A DNA stretch of 44,802 nucleotides from a virus (taxonomy: Duplodnaviria > Caudoviricetes): the IMG/VR virus record IMGVR_UViG_3300043178_000202, positions 1 through 44,802 of that record. One strand, given 5' to 3'. The notes below the pieces were generated by a model. That model saw nothing but the letters and a program-made list of their open reading frames with translations. It did no database searches and was not told the origin of the DNA. Of this stretch, positions 17,891 to 27,800 are shown one piece after another. The first letter of the stretch is position 1, and every line of letters starts with the position of its first letter. Position numbers and translations under genes: made by a program.

Positions 17891-19551
17891 TGGCGACCGC
17901 GACCGGGCTCGGCTACGTCGGCCACAAGCAAGAGCTCCCCATCGGGCACGACGGGATGTATGGTCCCCGCCGCGTGCCGGTCGGCGGGCTCATCCTCGCG
18001 CGCGGGGTGACCTTCGAGAACAACCAGCTCGAAAAGGAGGGCGGCGCGCAGCGCCAGACCCTCAGCAGCCTGCCGGGGCCGCTCGTGGGCCTCTACGACT
18101 GGTGGCCGGAGGCCGCCACGCAGCGCACCGTCGCCATCACGACGGGCGGCGGCGTCTACGTCGATGACGGCGTGAGCTGGACGTTCGCCATCACGGCCGC
18201 GCCCGAGGGCACGCTCGCGACGACGACGCAACGTCCGTACTTCGTCGCCGGGGGCCAGGAGACGCCCGGCGCGCCGCGGAAGCTCTTCGTCTACACTGGC
18301 GCCTCGCCGATCTTCGTCGGCGAGGGTGATTTCACGACGCTGCGGGTGCTGCCGTCGGCGAAGCGTCCGGCGGACTGGGTCGGCGCCCGGCAGCCGTCGT
18401 GCGGCATCATCCACGAAGGCCGTCATTGGGCGTTCCTGGGCCACACGGCCTACTACACGCCGTCGGCGGATCACGAGGACTTCGTCGGGACCGGTGCCGG
18501 GTCGATCCCCATCGCGCCCGGCGAGGGCGAGGCCATCGTCGCGGCCGTGAGCTTCCGCAAGATGCTCGTCCTCTTCAAGCGGCCGCGGGGCATCTACGTC
18601 GTGGATACCTCGGGCGATCCGTTGGTCTGGCGCTATGACGTGCAGAGCCGCGCGGTCGGGGCACCGGGGCCCTGGGCCGTCACGCCGATCCCGAACGATG
18701 TCGCGTTCGTCGGCTCGGAAGGCGCCATCCACCTGCTCTCGGCGACGGCCGTCGAGCGCGACGCGGAGTCGAGCGACATCAGCACCATCAAGCTCGGGAC
18801 CTGGATTCGCGAGCACATCGATCCTGAGGCCCTGAGCCGGGCCATCCTGGCGTGGTATGGGGACAAGCGTCTGGCCTACGCGCTCTTCCCGGGCCGCGGC
18901 CAGGCGACGCAGCTCGTCTCGGCCTTCCAGGACGACGCCTTCGATCTCGACACCTTCCAGATCACCGATGCCAGCTCGACCGTCGGGGTCCCGATCTATC
19001 GCCTCCTCATCGACTTCAACAACCCGTCGGTCGGGCCGCGCTTCGCCTACTCCGACCGTGACGACGCGCAGGTCCTGATGATGCGGCGCCATCAGGGTAT
19101 CGAGCGGCCCTATATCGGGACCTCGGCGGGCTCCGTGTACCGGCTCGATCATCCGGATCGCGTGAAGGACGGGGAGGGCTTCATCGGCGAGTTCCAGACC
19201 GATCACCTGGATCTCGGCGATCTCGTGGCCGAATGGCGCGGGCAGGCGAAGAATTTCGACTATCTGGAGTTCTGGTTGGAAGGGGTCGGGCCCTACACGC
19301 TCTCCGTGGACATCTACATCGACGGGGCGAAGAAGACGCTCACGCCGTTGACCTTCGATCTGTCGGGCGCGGGGGTCCCGCTGGGTCAGTTCCGGCTCGA
19401 TGTGGATCGTCTCGCGGAGTCGACCATCGTGACCCGGCGGCGACGGTTGATGTGGCGGGGGCGCCGCATCTCGATCCGCGGATGGAACAGCGGCGCGAAC
19501 CAGACGTTCAAGATCATCCGGGCATTCATCGGCGCGAGGGCCGCGGAATGA
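17890..19551 (+). CDS. Tail nozzle/DNA stabilisation protein (P22 gp10/T7 gp12-like beta-propeller)
   Basis: 553 aa, beta-rich, HEGRHWAF, LVLFKRPRGIY and KNFDYLEF. Typical podovirus position. Confidence 0.7.
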   Translation: MATATGLGYVGHKQELPIGHDGMYGPRRVPVGGLILARGVTFENNQLEKEGGAQRQTLSSLPGPLVGLYDWWPEAATQRTVAITTGGGVYVDDGVSWTFAITAAPEGTLATTTQRPYFVAGGQETPGAPRKLFVYTGASPIFVGEGDFTTLRVLPSAKRPADWVGARQPSCGIIHEGRHWAFLGHTAYYTPSADHEDFVGTGAGSIPIAPGEGEAIVAAVSFRKMLVLFKRPRGIYVVDTSGDPLVWRYDVQSRAVGAPGPWAVTPIPNDVAFVGSEGAIHLLSATAVERDAESSDISTIKLGTWIREHIDPEALSRAILAWYGDKRLAYALFPGRGQATQLVSAFQDDAFDLDTFQITDASSTVGVPIYRLLIDFNNPSVGPRFAYSDRDDAQVLMMRRHQGIERPYIGTSAGSVYRLDHPDRVKDGEGFIGEFQTDHLDLGDLVAEWRGQAKNFDYLEFWLEGVGPYTLSVDIYIDGAKKTLTPLTFDLSGAGVPLGQFRLDVDRLAESTIVTRRRRLMWRGRRISIRGWNSGANQTFKIIRAFIGARAAE

Positions 19552-20867
19552 CGAGGTGGCGCGCAGGCGGTATCCGGCTGGCGCTGCTCCTGGGCCTGAT
19601 CGCCCTGCTGGGCTCGGATCAGGCCGTCTACGGCGCCGGCAATTGCAGCGTCTACAAGGTCTGGGCGACCAACGAGGTGCTGACCGCCGCGGACCTCAAC
19701 AACAGCTTCACGCAGGCCGCGACGACGAACTCGACGCCCCAGTGCGTGGACGACTACTCGGCCACGGTCCCCCAGATGCAGGCCACGACGAACCCCTATC
19801 CGAACGGGGCCGAGAGCCAGGCCACGTCGCTGGCAGGAGAGCTGGAGCGCCTGCGGTACCAGATCAAGCAGCTCGTGCGCGGGAGCTCCAGCGGGACCTA
19901 CTGGTATCAGCCGCCCGTGGAGCCGAACCGCCCGAATTACCTGCTGAACGGCTCCCTGGAGAAATGGTCGAGCGGGACGAGCACCGCGCCCGACCGCTGG
20001 ACGCTGTCCGGCGCCGGCGCCACGATCGCGCGCGAGGCGGCGCAGGTGACGCATGGAACGTACAGCGCCGCCCTGACCCGCAACGGGACCGATGCGACGC
20101 TGACCCAGACGATCACCGACGCGGCGGGCGGCATCGGCTATGTCCGCGGCCGGACCTACACGCTGGGCGCATGGGTGCGGGCCACGGCGGCATCCCGGGC
20201 GCGGCTCGTCCTTTCGGATGGCGCGGGATCGTCCTTCTCGGACTACCATGCGGGCGATGCGACCTGGGCCTTCCTCGCGGTCACGCGGACCCTGTCCGCG
20301 TCGGCGAATGCCGTGAGCGGGGGGCTCCAGGTGGATACGGGCGATACCACGGCCTACCTCGACGCGGCCATCCTGGTGGAGGGATACCTCGCGCCCGTCT
20401 TCACGCCGCACCCGGCCGAGGCCATCCTCACGGCCGCAACCGGTGCGAGGGTCTTCAATTCGCTCAATATCTCCATCCCGAACAGCGCCTTTACGGCCCT
20501 GACGTTCGACTCCGAGCGTTTCGACACCAGCGACTTCCATTCCACGACCACGAACACGAACCGCTTGACGATCCCGACCGGCGGCACGGGGACCTATCTC
20601 CTCGGCTGTCATGTCCAGTGGGCGGGACACGCGACAGGGGACCGCGGCCTCGCCCTGCGACTCAATGGCACGACCGAGGTCGCGCGCCAGCGCGCTCCGG
20701 CGGCGAACGCCGTCGCGGGAAAGGAAGTCACGGTCGTGACGGCCTACCGCCTGAACGCCTCCGACTACGTGGAATGCCTGGCGTTCCAGGATTCCGGCGG
20801 GGCCCTCAACGCGCAGGCGGCCGGCAACTATGCGCCCGAGTTCTGGATCTACTGGCTCGGACCATGA
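19548..20867 (+). CDS. Tail fibre/spike with CBM-like and C-terminal receptor-binding domains, preceded by a signal-peptide-like N-terminus
   Basis: WATNEVLTAADLN fibre anchor motif, NYLLNGSLEKW...APDRW CBM-like domain, LTFDSERFDT...NRLTIP...GTYL C-terminal domain. Confidence 0.75.
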   Translation: MTRWRAGGIRLALLLGLIALLGSDQAVYGAGNCSVYKVWATNEVLTAADLNNSFTQAATTNSTPQCVDDYSATVPQMQATTNPYPNGAESQATSLAGELERLRYQIKQLVRGSSSGTYWYQPPVEPNRPNYLLNGSLEKWSSGTSTAPDRWTLSGAGATIAREAAQVTHGTYSAALTRNGTDATLTQTITDAAGGIGYVRGRTYTLGAWVRATAASRARLVLSDGAGSSFSDYHAGDATWAFLAVTRTLSASANAVSGGLQVDTGDTTAYLDAAILVEGYLAPVFTPHPAEAILTAATGARVFNSLNISIPNSAFTALTFDSERFDTSDFHSTTTNTNRLTIPTGGTGTYLLGCHVQWAGHATGDRGLALRLNGTTEVARQRAPAANAVAGKEVTVVTAYRLNASDYVECLAFQDSGGALNAQAAGNYAPEFWIYWLGP

Positions 20868-21337
20868 GGCACGCCATGCGGACACGCTGGATCGGTCTCC
20901 TCGGCCTCGCGCTCGTCGCGTTCGCCTCGACGGCGGGCGCCGGCACCCGCCTCTACACGCGGCCGCACAAGGCGCCGCTCCTCCTCGAGGAGCTGGCGGC
21001 GGCTGGCATTCCCGCGCGCGTCGAGTCCGACGGCCGGCAGCAGCTGCGCCTCACCGTGCCCGATGATCTGGAGTCGGCGGCCGACGCCGTCGTCGGCGCC
21101 CACGATCCGACCCGACCCTCGCAGAGCGAAGCCCTGGAGGCGCAGCGAGTGGCCCGGGAGACGGCGCGACGGGACACCCTCCGCCTCGCGCTCGAGGAGC
21201 TGGCCCTGACCGATGCCGCCCAGCTCCCGGCGATGATCGATGCGCTCTTCCCGACCCTCACGGAGGCGCAGCGCCAGTTTCTCGCGCGCCTCGCGCGGGC
21301 CGTCCTCGTGCTGCTCCAGGAGTCTCAGGGCCCATGA
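20864..21337 (+). CDS. Putative fibre chaperone/partner with a signal-peptide-like N-terminus
   Basis: Coupled to the fibre gene. RTRWIGLLGLALVAFASTAGA leader. L.EEL.AAG...VVGAHDP pattern. Confidence 0.6.
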   Translation: MRHAMRTRWIGLLGLALVAFASTAGAGTRLYTRPHKAPLLLEELAAAGIPARVESDGRQQLRLTVPDDLESAADAVVGAHDPTRPSQSEALEAQRVARETARRDTLRLALEELALTDAAQLPAMIDALFPTLTEAQRQFLARLARAVLVLLQESQGP

Positions 21338-21747
21338 CGGTGGTGCGGACGACCGCGGACGATCCGACGCTGCCCGCGCTGGTGCAGCGCGGGTGCACGT
21401 GGGACGATCCGGCGCGTTGGGAGTGGACGGGGCGGGCGGCCTGGTGGCGGCTCGACGATGCGGCCGGCGTCCCGGTCGGGCTGGCCTCCTACCTCGTGCG
21501 CGAGGGCGAGGCGTGGCTGGATCACTTCCTGATCGTTCCCGCCGCGCGCAGTTGGCGCGCGCTGCGGACGCTCATCCGAGCCATCGAGGCGGACGTGGCG
21601 GCGGCGGGATTCCGGCGGCTCCTGACGGTGGTGCCGATCCGGGCCGCCGCGTATCGGCCGCTGTTCGCGCGGTGCGGGTGGCAATGGTACGCGGAGACGG
21701 CCGAGCATGACTGCTACGCGAGGCCGCTCGCGGTGAGGCGTGGCTGA
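21334..21747 (+). CDS. GNAT-family acetyltransferase-like protein
   Basis: PVGLASY, AWLDHFLIVPAARS and LFARCGW. Usual position before podovirus ejection proteins. Confidence 0.65.
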   Translation: MTVVRTTADDPTLPALVQRGCTWDDPARWEWTGRAAWWRLDDAAGVPVGLASYLVREGEAWLDHFLIVPAARSWRALRTLIRAIEADVAAAGFRRLLTVVPIRAAAYRPLFARCGWQWYAETAEHDCYARPLAVRRG

Positions 21748-22841
21748 TGCCCAGCGCCATCGCGACCTTCTTCACGGGACAGAACACCCCCCCACGCCCG
21801 GCGGAGCCCGCCGTGGCGCCCGTCGTGCAGGGGAGCGGACCCGAGATTCCCGGAGCGCCCATCTTCCTCGGGCCCACGCCCGAAGAGCGGGCGCTCATGC
21901 GGATGCAGCTCGAAGCGATCCGCGAGCAACTCGCGACGCAACGGCAGGTCAAGGCCGCGCTCGGGCGGCTGTACGGGAGGCCCTTCGAGGACGTCTTTGC
22001 CGAGCACGTCAAGGCTTATAACGACCTGCAGCTCCGGCAACTCGATCAGCAAGCGGCGGCCGTCGGCGAGCAGGAGGCCTTCCGGCGAGGCTACGCGACG
22101 CTCGTCGGCCAGACGCCCGGAGAGGTCGCCGCCCGTCTGGCGCAGCTCGAAGTGCAGGCCATCGGCACGATCCAGGAAGATCTGGGCCGACAGCGCGAGA
22201 TCGCGGGGACGTACCTCGATCGCTTCCGCAAGGCGGCACGCGGGGAGGTGGCGGATCCCGCTGTGGCGCGGATGATCCAGGAAGAGCGCCAGCGCCTCGA
22301 CGAGCGGATGCGCGCCCAGTACGGGCCAGGCTGGGAGAGTTCGACGCCGGGCAGCCAGCGCCTGCGCGATTTCGAGACCGGCGTCCGCGAGGGGGTCTAC
22401 CGGCTCAATCGCGCCGAGATGGACACGGCCGCGCAGCCCGCGCTCTACGGCGCCGCGCCGCTCCTCCAGCAACTCTACACGGCGGCGCCCCTCACGCGCG
22501 AGGCCATGGGCACGCGCGCGGATCTCTTCGCGGCCACCTCGCCCGCCCAGGCGGGATCGGTCCTCGCGGCGACCAGCGGACCCAGTCAGGCGGGGAACGA
22601 TCTCTTGTCGATCTTGCAGCGCGGCCGGCAGATGGAGAATGCGTTCGCGCTCGACCTCTTCGGCCGTCAGAGCGATCTCGCCCTCCAGGATTGGCGGACG
22701 CGGTATCTGGCCGGGACGGATCTCCTGAAGCAGTACTACAACGATCTGGCCGCTGCACGCCAGCAGCAGTACAAGGCGGGCGCGGACCTGACCAATTCGC
22801 TCATCGCCGCCGGCGGCTCGATCGGCGCAGCCTTCATCTGA
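21747..22841 (+). CDS. Putative DNA ejection (internal virion) protein
   Basis: Gln/Ala-rich helical protein with a hydrophobic LIAAGGSIGAAFI C-terminus. Confidence 0.65.
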   Translation: MPSAIATFFTGQNTPPRPAEPAVAPVVQGSGPEIPGAPIFLGPTPEERALMRMQLEAIREQLATQRQVKAALGRLYGRPFEDVFAEHVKAYNDLQLRQLDQQAAAVGEQEAFRRGYATLVGQTPGEVAARLAQLEVQAIGTIQEDLGRQREIAGTYLDRFRKAARGEVADPAVARMIQEERQRLDERMRAQYGPGWESSTPGSQRLRDFETGVREGVYRLNRAEMDTAAQPALYGAAPLLQQLYTAAPLTREAMGTRADLFAATSPAQAGSVLAATSGPSQAGNDLLSILQRGRQMENAFALDLFGRQSDLALQDWRTRYLAGTDLLKQYYNDLAAARQQQYKAGADLTNSLIAAGGSIGAAFI

Positions 22842-22851
22842 GGAGACACGC

Positions 22852-23211
22852 ATGGATCTTCTGATGCACTCCCTGGTGGACACGCTGCTCGGTGGCCCGC
22901 GCGATCGGACGGCCTCCCGGCCGGAGGAGGAGGAGGCGCCCGATCGCGCCGAGGCCGCCTCCGACGAGACGGATGACGAGGCGACCTACGCGGAGCGCCT
23001 CGCCGAGCTACGGACGGAGTACAGGCAACGGCTCCGCGAGGTCGAAGAGGAGTACCGTCGCGCGATTGAGGCGCTGTACGCCATGTTCGGCGGGCGGCGA
23101 GGCCGTGCGTCGCCACGGGGGACCACCGTGATCACCATCGAGACCCTCGACCGGGGTCCGGCGTCCATGACGTCACCAGGCCCGCGCCCGGGCCTGGAGT
23201 CCGTCTGCTGA
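22852..23211 (+). CDS. Acidic coiled-coil hypothetical protein
   Basis: GAGGAG RBS. Confidence 0.55.
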   Translation: MDLLMHSLVDTLLGGPRDRTASRPEEEEAPDRAEAASDETDDEATYAERLAELRTEYRQRLREVEEEYRRAIEALYAMFGGRRGRASPRGTTVITIETLDRGPASMTSPGPRPGLESVC

Positions 23212-23218
23212 GGCGCGC

Positions 23219-24892
23219 ATGGCCGATTACGGCTGGGGCATCCGGGAGGCGGGACAGGCGATCGCGTCGGCGATCATCCAGCGTCGGCGCGACGAGGCGG
23301 CGCGCGCGCGCTGGGAGGCCGAACAGGCGCTGGGGCGCCAGCGGCTGGCGATGGAGGACGCCCGGCTCCAGCTCGCCGAGCAGCGGGCACGGCGCGAGGC
23401 CGTCCGGCTCCAGCTCGAGGAGGAGCGGGCACGGCGCGAGGCGGATCTCCTGGAGGGCCTGCCACGGCACGCGGAGACCCTGGCTCGCGCCCTGACGTCG
23501 GCGACTCCGGTCTATCCCGGGATCCCGTATCAGGTCCCGGCCTCCGAGATGGGCGGCGAGGCGCGGGAAGGGCCCGCCTTCGCGCCGCGGTTCCCGGGTG
23601 GCGCGCGCGCGCCGACGATCGCGGAATTCTACGCCCAGCGTCCCGATGCGGCCAGGGCGGCGACCGCGCTGGCACTCGGACTCAAGCGGCCCGTCATCGG
23701 GCCGGAATCCCCCCTGGGTCTCAAATCGCCGGAGCAGGTGGAGCAGGACCTGCAGCAGCGTCAGCGGGAGGAGTCCGCGCGGACGAAGATGCGCAAGGCC
23801 GTCAGCCTCATGGGCGAGGAGGATCCGGCGCGGCGCGCCGGGGGGCTGGCGCTCTTCATGGATGCCCTGGCGACGGCGGGCAAGCTCCCGCCCGAATCGG
23901 CCAAGACGACGCTGGAGCTGCTCTCGATGGAGCAGGGCCAGGCCGCGAACGATGCCTTCATTACCGCCACGCGCCCGTTCTGGGAGCGCATCGCCGCGGG
24001 CCAGCCCTTGACGCCGGACGATCAGGTCGCGCTCGTCCAGCAGATCTACGCGCATCGTCAGGCACCGGTCGCGAACCGGTATTTCGGCGCCTTGATGGAG
24101 ACGATGGCCCGTGGGGCGAGCCCGGCCGCGCAGGCGGCGGCCCGCTACGCCCAAATGCGGGCGGCGGGCATCTCGCCGCCCGAGGTGCTCCAACGGCTCT
24201 TGACCGAGACGCCGCCGACGGCGCCCCTCTCGGCCGGTGTGGTGGAGTTCCTCACGAACGAGAAGTATCAGCCCACGTATCTCAAGGAGGCCCTGAAGAC
24301 CTACGAGACCGAGGCCGCCAAGCGCGCAGCACAGACCCCGGAGGAGCGCGCGCTTCCGGAGGCGCGGCTCAAGGCGGAGCGCGCGCGCGCCGAGTACTAT
24401 CAGCGGCGCGGCACGACGCTCCCGCAGGGACCGTCGTCCCAGAAGCCGCTCACGCTGGAAAAAGCCCAGCAGGAACTCGCGCGCGCGGAGCAGGCCCTGG
24501 CGCGCGTGCGGCGATCCTACGACATCCATCCCGAGGATCGCCCCGAGGAGGAGCAGCACTGGCGGGATCTCGTGGACTACTGGCGCGCGCATGTCGATCG
24601 CCTCATGGGCACCGCGTCCGTCGCGCCGCCTCCGGCGGCGCCCGGCGGTCCCGCCTCGGCGGCGCCGTCCCCCCCGGCCGGTCCTCCGGGCCAGCCGACG
24701 CCGGCGCCGGCGCCATCGGCGCGCCGGCCCAGCGAGAAGCCCTGGCAGGAGCTCTCGCCCGCGGAGAAGACGCGGCGCGTCGAGATCACGATCCGTCGGC
24801 TCATTGGGCAAGGCCGCATCGCGTCAGACCATACGACCTACGAGCAATTGACCCGCGAGGAAGCCGACTTGCTCGCGCGCGAGCTGCGATAG
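23219..24892 (+). CDS. Putative DNA ejection (internal virion) protein
   Basis: Helical/coiled-coil protein of 557 aa, between ejection genes. Confidence 0.65.
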   Translation: MADYGWGIREAGQAIASAIIQRRRDEAARARWEAEQALGRQRLAMEDARLQLAEQRARREAVRLQLEEERARREADLLEGLPRHAETLARALTSATPVYPGIPYQVPASEMGGEAREGPAFAPRFPGGARAPTIAEFYAQRPDAARAATALALGLKRPVIGPESPLGLKSPEQVEQDLQQRQREESARTKMRKAVSLMGEEDPARRAGGLALFMDALATAGKLPPESAKTTLELLSMEQGQAANDAFITATRPFWERIAAGQPLTPDDQVALVQQIYAHRQAPVANRYFGALMETMARGASPAAQAAARYAQMRAAGISPPEVLQRLLTETPPTAPLSAGVVEFLTNEKYQPTYLKEALKTYETEAAKRAAQTPEERALPEARLKAERARAEYYQRRGTTLPQGPSSQKPLTLEKAQQELARAEQALARVRRSYDIHPEDRPEEEQHWRDLVDYWRAHVDRLMGTASVAPPPAAPGGPASAAPSPPAGPPGQPTPAPAPSARRPSEKPWQELSPAEKTRRVEITIRRLIGQGRIASDHTTYEQLTREEADLLARELR

Positions 24893-24895
24893 ACG

Positions 24896-27800
24896 ATGCC
24901 CGTCGGCGTCGCCGAGCTGGATGCCCTCCATGGCATCCGCCGGGATGCCTCCCCGCCGCGCGACCGAGGCGTGTCGGTCGAGGAGCTGGATCGACTTTTC
25001 GGCGTCACGCGCCCCGGGATCGGGCCCATCCCGGAGACGGTCTTCCCCGAGGCCCCGCCGCCGGATGTCGCCGCGTCCGCTCCGGCTTCCGAGCCGGAGG
25101 CTCCGAGACCCGCCGCGCCCCCCTGGTCGGAGCAGGTCCTTCAGGCCGTCCGCGAGGCCGCCCAGGCGGTCGGCGAGGCGGGGTCCCGGCTGGTCCGTCC
25201 CCCGCACCTCCCGCCGGGCGTCCCTGCGGAGGCGCGACCGTCGCCGGTCATCGTGTCCACGGGGCCTCCGGTGGCGGGTCCGCCGCCTGGTGCGCGGCGC
25301 GAGGTCCCCCCGGCCGAGGCCAGGCCGATGCCCGAGGTCCTCGCGGGGAATCGCGAGGCGCCCGTCGCGGAGCCCTTGCGGGCGCCGACCGGGCCGGCCC
25401 CGGCGGGCCCCGCACCGGTCGTGCCGACGCGCATCACGCTCGATCCCTCGGCCCTGCCGGCCGGTCAGCTCGGCTACGCGACGACACCGCCCGGTCGCGA
25501 GGCGATCCTCGCGGGCAAGGCCACGGTCCCGATCCGGGCCATCATGCCGCCGGTGCGCATCCCTGCCGAGGCTGCGCAGCCCTCCGAGCCAGGATCGGTC
25601 GAGACGCCGCCCGGGCCGCCGCGACCCCTGCCGTCGGTCGTGCGGGATCCCCTGGTGCGGGCGGCCATCCGGGGCATCAGCGCCAGCACGCTCGGCCAGC
25701 TCGCGAGTCGCCTCGCCACGCCCGAGGCCCGAGAGGCGCTCGCGGCTCTGCACGCCGAGGCGACGCAGCATCCGCCCCGGACCTTCACCGAGCAGGCCAT
25801 GGAGATCCTCGGGAGCGTCGGCCCCGAGCTGCCGTTCTTCGCCCTGGGCCTCGGTCCTGCCGCCGCCGTCTCCGCGGCGACCCGCCGCGCGGGAGCTCGG
25901 GCGCTGGCGACGCTCCTGGATGCGTATCGGCAGCGCATGGTCGCCCAGTGGACGGCGCGCGGGCTGAGCGAAGCCGCCGCGGAGCGGGTCGCGCTGAAGG
26001 CGCTCGCCCGCCAGGCCGGGACCATCCGCGCCGTCGCTGGGCCGATCCTGAGCGGCGCCGAACGGGCCGCTGGCGGGGCGGCCCTGTTCACGCCCCAGGC
26101 GGCGATCCACGAGGGCGTCCGGCAAGCGACGGAGGCCGCGCTCCGGGACGGCCTCGATCCGGAGGCGTTCCTCGAGGCGATCGGCCATAGCGCCCTCACG
26201 GGCGCCGGCATGGCGGTCGGGGCCGGCCTGGGTGCGGCGGTTCCGGGCACGACGGCCATCGCGCAGGCCGGCCGCCTCGGCGCGACCTTGGCCGGGGAAA
26301 CGCTCGGCATGGCCGCAGGCGGCGCAGCCGCGGAAGGCCGGCTGCCGACGGTCGAGGATGTCCGGCAGGCCGGCACCGCCGTCGCCGCGCTCCAGCCGCT
26401 CAAGGCCGGGCAGGCCCTGGCCGCGCTCCAGCGGTGGCGGGCGACACGGGACGCCGCTCGCGCGGCGACGGTCCCGGAGACGCCCGATGCCGTGCGCTAC
26501 CAGTTGCAGGCGCTCGTCAGGGGCCGGAAGCCGGCCGTGGAAGTGCCGATCGAGCTGACGCCGCTCGATGGGCCGGATCTCCGCGCGCGAGGCGGACGGA
26601 TCCGCTCCGTGGTCGTGTCGAACGGGAACCGCCTCTACTACCGCACGGACGCCATGCGGACCCTGATGGGCGACCCCCGCGCCACGGGTCGCGAGCTGGA
26701 TGCCTGGGTGACGGAGCAGTACGCGCAGGGCCGGGCGGGCCTGCTGCTCGGTTATGGCGTGCCGGAGAAGCCGCCGCCGACGGCGCCGACCGCCGTCGTC
26801 CAGGTGCAGGATGCGCAGGGCCGCGAGGTCCAGACCGTCCTCGCCCGGCCGGAGGAGGTCGGCCGGGTCGTGGCCTCCGTCCAGCCCGTCACGCCGCCCG
26901 GTGGGCACGTCGAGGTCACGCCGCCGCCCGAGAGTGCGGGGGCCATCCTCGACACCTTGCGGACCCGTCTCGCCGAGACGCCGTCCCCATCGGCGCCGGT
27001 CCCGATCCAGCCGCCGGCGTCGCAGGCGTTCGTCACGGCGCTCGCCGACGAGGTCGAGCGGCGCGTGGTGCAGGCGCTCCAGGAGGCGGGTCTCGGCCCG
27101 GCCCGGCCCGCCGCGTCCGACGCCGCCCCCGCCCGGGCTCTTCCCCCGCCGGCACGTCCGCTGGAATTGACGGAGCGCCCCGCCGCGCCCGCATCGGTGC
27201 CGCCGCTGCCCGAGCCTCCGGCCCCGCCGCGGGCCGCGATCCCTCTGGCGCCCGCCGTCCCGCCGCCGCAGATGCTTGCTCCCGGCGAGGCCATGATGAC
27301 CGTGCGTCGGCCCGCGCCGGAAGGGCCAGGAGGGGCCTCGGCGCCGGAGTCGGGCGAGGCGACGACGCCCGCGCGGCCTCCCGCGCCCCCGGCCGCCCCA
27401 GGCCCGTCCAGGGTCCGCGAGGTCCCGCTCCAGGAGCTGGACCTCGAACCGCAGCGGTTCCAGTACAAGCTCGGATCCGATCGACGCACAGGCACGACCG
27501 GCGCCGTGACGGGCGTGACGCGATGGGATCCGCATCTCGCGGGCGCGGTGGCGGTCTGGCGCGATCCCGCCGACCAGCGGCTGAAAGTCGTGAATGGGCA
27601 TCACCGCGTGGACCTCGCCCGGCGGCTCGCGGCGGCCGGCGATCCCTCCGCCCCCGATCGGATCGCCGTCCTGGAGATCCAGGCCGAGAACGCCGCGCAG
27701 GCGCGCGCCGTGGGCGCCCTCATCAACATCGCGGAAGGTCGCGGGACGCCGCTCGACGCGGGCCGGTTCTTCCGCGATACCGGGATGACGGCGGAGGATC

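Noticed and set aside
23360-23445. 42-bp direct repeat in an ejection gene
   Set aside because: In-frame coiled-coil repeat (RLQL.E.RARREA), ordinary for such proteins.
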